A stretch of 64,000 bases of DNA from Tubiluchus corallicola (taxonomy: Eukaryota > Animalia > Priapulida): assembly GCA_030141605.1 (NCBI GenBank), contig JAQGDQ010000052.1, positions 1 to 64,000 on the forward strand. The letters run 5' to 3'. The notes under the pieces are model-generated. The model searched no databases and was not told the DNA's origin. It saw only the letters and a list, made by a program, of their open reading frames with translations. Both the position numbers and the translations under genes were made by a program. Of this stretch, positions 56,501 through 64,000 are shown one piece after another (positions within the stretch are counted from its first letter, which is position 1; every line of letters begins with the position of its first letter).

Positions 56501-58163
56501 TCATATAGATAGACATAGCTGGATGCTTCGTATTTGACATGGCCTTCATTGTTTTCACAGAATGTTGCAGCAGCCAGGAATTGATATCCATTCAAAGTGT
56601 ATGCCGTGATTCGGCTTGTATTTGCTGTGCGAAGCTCAAAAGCCTTGGTCCAACTACCGTTAAAGTATCTGTATACTGGAGATGTTGCACCATCTGCAAT
56701 AAATAAGACAAGATATATACAACAGTCACCATCCAAATGATTGTTAAAGTGCAGCTACATTTGTACAAATTGCACAGTGTGCATTAGATGTGTTCGTGTT
56801 AATTTTAGAAAAATGCAGGTTCAATAAGTTAAGTGCATTGTTAAGTCACCTGTCACTGACTATTAATTACTTGCAGTAAACTAAAAAGCAATTCATGCTA
56901 AGCTGAATTTCAAAGCACCTAATATGTCGAAAAACTTGTGTAACGTGCACCATTCTTGCGAGGAACTTGAAAAGTGATTATAGCTTACAAGTTATAGCAT
57001 ACAGATTGATCAAAAAAGACTGGTGATTCTACACATCAGCCCTTAAAAACACAAAGCAAGCTCACCAGTTTTAGATACTGCAGCATAAATACTGTCCCCC
57101 ATTTTGAATAAGTCAATAGATGATCCATTTCTCACAACATAAAGACTTGAACCTTAAACAAATAAAACATAAATAATCCAAGTCAATTTTTTATTTACAG
57201 GCACTTAAAAACATTTATAGGAAAACAACAACTTTATTATGGTATAACTTTTTCACTTTGTAAAGTTAAAGTTTTAATAAAGTTGTGTTGTTTTAACTAT
57301 GAAACATAAATATTTTCACACAAAACAAATGTCACACAACAAAAATGGATAACAAACTTATACAAGTTCAGTAATTTAATGTTTGTCATCAACATTTAAT
57401 AAGAGCAATTAAAATTAGAAGGACTAAGCATAATAAATGTTTTCTGCCTAGAATTATCTATATCTCTTCTGCATTATCATGTTTAATAAAATTTATTTCG
57501 CAATGAAATTTCTGGCACGTCAAAGAAAAACTGCCTCGTTATAAGTAAAATAACTTTTTTGCACAAACGAAAACTGTTTGCATAAAAAATGAAAATGCTG
57601 AACATGAAGATTAAGTAGCTATAGTATAATGGGCACTAGGCACACCTTAAAAACCACAAACATTAGAGTTGTGCTTATTGTTGTTTTGACAAGCAGTGTT
57701 TAGTTATTGTTATATGTTGAAATGGTTTATGAAAATAAATTTTAATGTTGCACTTTATACAACTACATTTACATTAAACGTAGCAAATCATAAAACCAAG
57801 TTTTAATAATACAACTGCAGGTATTGTTCAGAAACTATAGGCAGGGGCCAATAAGTGTGATCCTGTAGGTGAGGATCTCTAATTGGGTTTGTGCACTCAT
57901 GAACACACTCATTTCCATGTGTAACGTACTGTAATTACAAAAACACTAATAACCAGTGAGAACTAATTCACCTGGAGAAAACTTGGAAGGATCGGAATAG
58001 ACCTCAAAGTCGGGCAGTTTTGCGTCTGAACTATAGCTTGCTGAGCTCAAAACTTCGGAGCTTGACTTCGCGTTGTCTTGTGGAAAGTCGAATAATTGGA
58101 TGTCTGTTCCATTATTCGAGTTCAGCTGTTCACCAGAAATACTTAAATTCACTCGCAAAATTC
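31936..58163 (-). CDS. Large secreted-type glycoprotein with N-terminal EAR/EPTP-like repeats and repeated QxITGxKxF modules (Closca/Nasrat/Polehole-like); partial, at least 21 exons, about 1,259 aa
   Basis: Minus-strand exons: 58163-57972, 57152-57066, 56693-56499, 55963-55670, 55028-54789, 54497-54329, 53546-53404, 49582-49391, 48844-48693, 47139-46944, 46531-46436, 45616-45482, 44269-44126, 40910-40707, 36885-36706, 36226-36066, 35523-35311, 34711-34459, 32898-32686, 32432-32244, 32063-31936. All are GT-AG, phase-compatible and stop-free. EAR-like motifs: IPTKGATDIEMF..FLIVANS, YQLLPTRNAQSWEFF..FLAVAN, STIYKW...FVPFQAIPTKGA. Start and stop exons were not located. The family name is recognition from memory. 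Confidence 0.82.
33036..33906. mobile_element. Tc1/mariner (Tigger/pogo-like) MITE, copy 1
   Basis: TA|tagtaggcactgcttaatagactca ... tgagtctaataagcggctgttaccg|TA. Internally similar to 47161-48210. Confidence 0.8.
34738..34845 (-). repeat. Local duplicate of the intron/exon junction at 32856-32955
   Basis: agtccattaa-aacttgcagctcttctcctgtt..tcctttccta..taagactaaataaaa..taaaaacaaaatgaattaa is present at both sites. Confidence 0.85.
37826..40126. repeat. Foldback-type long inverted repeat (arms about 390 bp at 37826-38215 and 39735-40126) with internal ~15-bp tandem units
   Basis: The arms match as reverse complements (ggtaaacaggtt..gcagaacacctc.atacacttt..ttttaag.ttaaaatggataa..ttcgacacagg.catttcatcacaaga). 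Inner portions are arrays of GGACATTTGGACACA-like units. No TSD found. Confidence 0.82.
38390..38655. repeat. Purine-rich low-complexity tract with a (GA)n core
   Basis: Directly visible. Confidence 0.9.
41678..42251. mobile_element. Tigger/pogo-like MITE
   Basis: TA|CAGTGTTCCCTCACTTATCGCGG ... GTAGCGAGGTAACACTG|TA, giving terminal inverted repeats and a TA TSD. Confidence 0.82.
42690..42762 (-). mobile_element. tRNA-derived SINE head (degenerate)
   Basis: Minus strand ...ccttataagtagaaggtcctttGTTCAAATCCaggctg. A related copy lies on + at 54050-54115. Confidence 0.4.
44347..45267. mobile_element. Non-autonomous hAT-like element with GACTT(G) subterminal repeats
   Basis: CAGTGTTG...CAACACCG ends with clustered gacttg/gactc motifs near both ends. 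No 8-bp TSD recovered. Confidence 0.55.
47161..48210. mobile_element. Tc1/mariner (Tigger/pogo-like) MITE, copy 2
   Basis: TA|CAGTAGGCACCGCTTAGCAGACTCA ... TGAGTCTATAAAGCGGCACTTACTG|TA. Same family as 33036-33906. Confidence 0.85.
50442..53245 (-). mobile_element. Decayed Academ-type (XPG-nuclease-bearing) DNA transposon
   Basis: Termini TAGTCTAGTCCCTGGATAAA and (minus strand) TAATCTGGTCTCTAGATAAA, flanked by TAA on both sides. GCCATCTT/AAGATGGC subterminal motifs. Minus-strand remnants: SPCGREVVNTCLLFH (cf. PCxHEEADTRxxLH), FTACDPILAF (cf. FTGCDTVSAF), PEALRACQ..YCGR..ARLACT (Cys-rich tail). Confidence 0.72.
54050..54115 (+). mobile_element. tRNA-derived SINE head (degenerate)
   Basis: A-box-like tagcctaatag and B-box-like gcttcaaatc. 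Similar to 42690-42762. Confidence 0.4.
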
Positions 58164-60529
58164 CTGAAATATAGCAAATTTTCAAAAACAAAACTTATTA
58201 CCCAATCTTTTTTCTGGTGGACTAAATCTAATTCAGTGCTTCACAAACCCTAGAAATTGGGTTGCAAGGCACTTTTCATTACATGACAAGGTTTTTCAGC
58301 AGTGGCAGTTTCGGGAATGGCTTCTCAGCAAAGTGTAAGCAAACCAAGCACGGCTCTGCAGTTAATCAGCTAACTGGCATTCACAAATTTAATAAGCAAA
58401 TTTGTACTTGTTCAGCCTAAGCTTGCAATTCTATAGTATCCCACTGTGACGGCTCAGTATGGTAATGAAGGGAATCACTAGCCTTACAACCAAACACATA
58501 ATTTGTTTACATTGACAAAGTAAGCTGATGACGAAGCAGTAAACTTTCCTTTCCTTTTGCCTTTTTAATTTAATGTTCTATTAAATCACATTTTCATCTT
58601 ATAAATTACTACCTATGTTAGCTAGGTCACTTGGGTGGGTAAACAAATATCGCATCACATAGTAAAATCTTCGTGTTAATCGCTGAAGCCAGACATTCAT
58701 ATGAGCAGTGTGACCTGGATTTTTTTACCTTACACGTTAAGTACCTTCCGTCCTATTTCAGTTTGATGTAAAGACATGTGTGTGGTCCCTGAGTTTTGGT
58801 ACAAGTTTCACGGACCCCAGGAGACGTTAGTAAATCACAGAAAGACGTAACGGTATACCACTACTTATGTTATTACTGTCGTAAATCATCAACTGCTAAT
58901 TGCCATTTATTGGCTTAATACGATAGGGATGGTAGTCTGTAAAGTGGTATGATTCACTTGAGGAGTGTGGTGGCTGTTTCCATCGCAGTAGGATCCCGTT
59001 ATCTTTACGCAGAACAGACGGAAACAACGTCTGTGCGACACTGCCATGCAAAAATCTATAAGCTGTGACTGTAAGAGTGGACTGTCGTACCGCCAGTGAA
59101 CACTCAGCAGAACCCGGGTAGAACTTCAATATTCTGAGGAGTTTCTTGTTGCAATTTTTTTGAATATTTGGAATCTTATTAAATTTGTTGTTACATGTCA
59201 CTAAATAGTATCTTACTTGTTTATTAAGAGTCGGATAAATGTCAATAACCAATGAAAAGAAAACAACTCACATATAGTTTAGGAAAATTACGAACAAAAT
59301 ATCTGTTCCCATGATCATTTTTATGAACGTCATAAAATTAGCATAAATAATCAGCATATACCTTTTGGCACATGCTAAAAAGTGGTTTTCGAGTACCTAT
59401 GGCCCTCCTAACCTGAACCATCACACCTATAATGCGTTGAGTGATAAATTTGCTCGTTCTGTCTCCTGTACAACTAGGTTCAGCATTAGTTTTGCACAAA
59501 CCTTGTGAATAGTATGGAGTTTCTGGCTAATCAGAAAAATTTAGTTTGATTACACTTTCAAAGCCGGTCATTTGTAGAGCCACCACGCTACTGGTGCCTT
59601 GGTTATCAACTTATCTATGTGAATAGGCATTCCCACAATTGTGCAGTGAAAACTAAGAACAGAAATCAGCTAAGATGAGAACCGAGCGTAACGAACAGTA
59701 AATTAATTGGTGGCTTTAACTAACGGTTTAGTTGCACAGGTTGGGCTTTTGTTATGTCACAGTACCTGCACCTCATTTTCATGAGAACAAACATAGCTAT
59801 TACTGCAGCGCATGACATTTTGCTCCATGAAAAATGTTTTAAAATGCTTTTCTACATTTGCATTTTTTTACATTTTTATTTTCACCTATAATATAACAAG
59901 ATTAAACGAGCATGCTATTTTTAATCCCGCTTAAGAAGGCAACAACAGACTGCTTATAGAATTATTCAATGCCAGCATTTTTCTGTGACGCAGGTTTATC
60001 TTCCAATCAGATCAGCTGAAAATCAGAAAATGGCACTTTGGCTTATTTATATACCTTAAACTTATTACATGCAGGTCAGACTTAAGAAATTAGTGTGTCA
60101 GCTTACTAATATGCATACTGGGCAAAGCTTTCTGTGACTGACATTTAATGGATGAACAAATTACTGAGTCCATGTTTAAATGCTCATGTTACTTAAGGCA
60201 GTAAGCAAATGGTTGCCTTGTCATTGTCACAGAATTGCTTCCCATTATGAACTTGGTCTTAAGCAGATGAATGAGATGTCTTATTTTGAGCTAGAAAAAA
60301 TTTAAAAAAAATTTATGTTGGCAGTGAATAAAATAAACAAAATTAATGGCACAAATTCATTTATTAATTTATTTGTCTTCAGTGTTTTCTAGCTGTTTTC
60401 ATATGCATATGTATTACCACATTTATAAAATTTTCTATGCAAGCACACTGAATAAAAACTGATCACGAGCTGTGACAATTAAATGCTGTAAATACTGTAA
60501 AAAACCTTCAGTTTTAATCACAAAGCTTT

Positions 60530-61285
60530 TCACTCACCGCATTGTTAATCTAACCCTTTCTCACTGTTTATGTCGTCTGCTTTATTTCTATAATTACCAA
60601 TAATTGAATGTATACTTAACACTAAGAAGTTTCTTTTCCAAGTGTTGTACTAGTTCATTAATACATCGCCAGCATTATTTAATCGAGTTTTTGCCATAAT
60701 TTCTACAAAATTATAATGTTAAACATCTTAATCATAATTATCACATCTTTGTAAATTTCTAGAACCATGATTGAGTAGTACGTATAAGAGGCAGGCCTAT
60801 AATTTTACATTAACATAATTTCCGCTTGCTCCAACAATTAATTTGCTTTAACAGTTTTATCTCTTTCCGTTAAATTTAAAAAGAATCTGAACTTCGAAGT
60901 ACATACTGCTTCGCTTCACTGGTTCTCTTGATTAACGTGTTAGCTATTTCGCTTTACGTGTATTTTGATGCTACTAGTGCACTCCTGCTCATTGAAAATT
61001 TAATTTTAGTTTTCTCTTTTATTTTGTGTCATTTGCCTGACATTGTATTTTCTACAGTAATTGCTTGCCATCAATTTAATTTTAATTAATTATTTGCCTA
61101 CATTCTTTATTTTTTTGCCATAATGCTTACTCGCCTTGCAGAGATTGGTAGTTTTACTATTTTATGGATGGCAGACTATAAATGACCATTTTGGTCTTCC
61201 GCCATCCCCCCTCTTCTTTAAATGTTGTTGAATATTGTCATTAGAGTTTTTTGTATTAATTTGGAAAGCAAACAAATAAATAAAA
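60530..61285 (+). mobile_element. Decayed LINE 3' end with a terminal stem-loop
   Basis: KFKKNL-type ORF2 tail near 60870, T-rich UTR, hairpin gatggcag..gacc..ggtc.tccgccatc at 61167-61206, and an AAATAAATAAA tail. Confidence 0.5.
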
Positions 61286-61322
61286 TATTCTGAATAGCTT
61301 AGAGTTAATAATAATAATACAG

Positions 61323-61700
61323 TTTTATTTTATCTAATGTATAATATAAATTTGATTACATTAATATGTCAAATTATTATTATTAAATAAACAAGGAAAA
61401 CAAACATTGTTACTGGGGCAAAGTAGCTTCATTTTTGCTGCGTTATTTGGACAGCCCGTATACCGCTAGACCATACAAGTGTGGTAAAATGTATAGCGCC
61501 CAACACGATGGCAAAATATTCGCAATAAATGTGTCGGGAGCAGAGTAGTACAATAGCCGACGTAGGACGCCAGAGACAACGAACTGTTCACGATCTGAGT
61601 CGTTAACCGTATTGGCAGTGTCCGTTGTCCTTGTTTATTTAATAATAATAATTGAAAACGTCAATAGGCGTTGAATAATTATACATCTGATAAAATAAAA
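61323..61700. mobile_element. MITE-like hairpin element with ~90-bp inverted arms
   Basis: ttttattttatc..atgtataat...aattattattattaaataaacaagga is mirrored at 61610-61700. Confidence 0.7.
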
Positions 61701-63237
61701 GAATCTCATTTTGAGCTAGTAGAACTGCCAATAGTAAATTTGGCTTCAACATTGATCTTTTTGAAGAGAAATGAGCCCACTTTTTAGGCGATTCGAACAT
61801 TTGCTTAATATATCATTTTTTTATTTTGTCTCGCTTCACAGACAGGTGATCCGTTTTACTACCTCTTAGACAAATAATTGACGTCTAACATAATGTCATT
61901 CATTTTCGTTCACACACCTCTGCAGCAGGTACGTTCGGGACATTTAGCCACAGCCCGTCAAACACTGTTATGAAAAATGCACAACTTTTCATTAGTTAGC
62001 GGGAAAAATATTAGCCTGGTTCTAGACTTTATTATTGTCAATTGGTGGAAATAACACAGTATAGTATTGTTTATAGGAAGAAAGGCACAACGCTTACGTC
62101 TATGAGTTGCTGAGTAAACCATTTTGTAATCAAGAAAATAAGCAGTTTAGTTTAGTTTATGGCTTTGCCAGTTAAGTAAAAGCAACTATTTGATTAACTT
62201 TAAATAAGGACAAAACAAAATGTCTTCTTTTCTACTAAGTAAATGGGCTAGCGAGCTATGTGCCCTACATAGTTTCTCTCTTTAAAGCATTAGATACTTG
62301 TTAATGTTAAGATGATATTAATGGGCTAATAATAATGATGTTATTGTAAAAAAACGTTTGTAAATTGTCAAGCAGTATTCATCATTATGATAAAGTTACT
62401 TTTTTCCTAAAACAAATTTAGTTTTATGTTTTATTATGTCACAATTCTCGATAGAAATCGCCAGTGGCCTACTTGGGCTACCCACTACGACACTGCTTTT
62501 TGACATATTTAGCACATGCGTTTTAGCGGAAGTCCTACTTCGGCTAGTGGCGTGCTCCGCACCTTACAAACGTGTCAGTTTTCTATATAACACCAATAAA
62601 AATTACTAAAAATATAAATGAGTGATATCAGATCAGCTGTGCGTAATTTGTTACAGAAGTAATTATGAAAGCGAACACAACACGGTGGTTTCTTATAAAC
62701 TCTGATTTGCAAGTTGTCAATACTGATGATTTTGTGTTAAAACCGTTCAACCTAAATTTCCCCGAGGGCTAACACTTCAGCTGAGCCTGTAGACATGCCT
62801 GGAGAACTAGAGGGAGGACTCTATCACAATTCAGTTCCCCATCGATTTTTGCCGGGCACATTAAGTACAATAGTAATGTTTTATAAATAGGGATGGCTGC
62901 TAGGTGATTAGCATGATCTCAATGCAATTATAATGAATTGTGTGTAGTTAAATAGTATAATAGTAAATAAACCTAATCTAAATCTGATAAGTATATGATG
63001 TGGTTGACTGGCTCATTGGGCACGTCAGCGACCTGAGTTAGGCTACTGTTGTCTGCAGTATGTTTTAATAAAGGATTGTTGTTTTACTACCAGACTGTGG
63101 AGGGAAATAAAAAATATTGTAGCATCCAGTCAGAAGCTTAACACTCTTTTTCACATTTGCCTCCATTAATTTATATTAACCTCCTCTGTTGCAATTACAG
63201 TCGAGGAACTATTTGTCTCAAAAGTTATATTTATATA

Positions 63238-63285
<48 letters not shown>
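63238..63285. repeat. (CTA)n microsatellite
   Basis: Directly visible. Confidence 0.95.
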
Positions 63286-64000
63286 GTAATTCTTTAAACT
63301 TGCATCCAGCCCACCTCTCGAATAAAATTTAATAGAAGCAGTCTGCTGTGTCAGACAACATGAAAGTCTCAAAAAAATCATCAGGGTGCATAATACTGAA
63401 AACAAGAATTGAGGAATTTAAAGATATGGTTAAACCTCTTCATACCGCCCAATTTGGGATTGCAAAAAAAGTCGGCATTGAGCAAGCTTGGCGTTATAAC
63501 TAGGTGCATTAATATTTATGCAAATATGAGACATGTTTTGCCAAAAATATTGGCGTTAAGAGAAGTTGGCATTATAACAAGGTTTGAGTGTAAATTAAAC
63601 TGAACGTTATTAATGCAAAGGCTACACAAATTATAATTATAATCTGATTATCATGAAAAACTTGCAGCATTTTTTAGAAATATTATCATGTTTACTTATC
63701 AATAATAATGATGATAATAATGAAAATGATGATGATGGTATTCAATAATAATTACTATACTTAGTTTACCTGAATAAACTTACATAGACACATTTCTAGA
63801 AACAAATGTAGCAATTTTTTATGCAGATTAAATTACATTTGTCATTATCTGGTATTTTCATGAGTAATAATAATATTTGAATGTTTTATATGATAACATT
63901 AACTCAAACACACTATACATTTTACTGAGAAAGCAGTGACCATGTATGAAGCTTAGGTAGGATAGGCATAAGTGTGGGATCCAGCATATGGAATACGCGA

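Noticed and set aside
58896-59252. 118-aa minus ORF, or a SWIM-like CDCKSG motif on +
   Set aside because: No usable splice context or family motif. At most a decayed transposon scrap.
60533-60700. Strong minus-strand donor (GCG|GTGAGT) as an upstream exon
   Set aside because: A stop precedes it in the required frame, the ATG-CG alternative has the wrong phase, and it lies at the edge of a LINE remnant.
63166-63405. Signal-peptide-like, poly-Ser ORF as first exon of the large gene
   Set aside because: It depends on a (CTA)n tract, ends in a stop without a suitable phase-1 donor, and the region looks like a decayed LINE on +.

Overview
AT-rich eukaryotic DNA, most likely from an invertebrate animal (GT-AG introns, microsatellites, metazoan transposon families). 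No prokaryotic operon or CRISPR signal was seen. Two host genes were reconstructed by hand. (1) A complete 8-exon, 310-aa IPNS/DIOX-type 2-oxoglutarate/Fe(II) dioxygenase on + (11782-17051). (2) A partial minus-strand gene of at least 21 exons and about 1,259 codons (58163 to 31936). It encodes N-terminal EAR/EPTP-like repeats, a helical linker and at least 14 'Q-x-I-T-G-x-K-x-F' repeats, and it resembles the insect Closca/Nasrat/Polehole eggshell proteins. Between the two genes lies an apparent five-level transposon nest: LINE > LINE > hAT > Bel/Pao > solo LTR with a GCCAG target-site duplication (TSD). A second, younger, truncated Bel/Pao element with its LTR follows. Introns of the large gene carry a decayed Academ-type transposon with a TAA TSD, Tigger-like MITEs, a long foldback inverted repeat and a duplicated splice-acceptor segment. 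All coordinates and family assignments come from reading the sequence by eye; no database searches were run.
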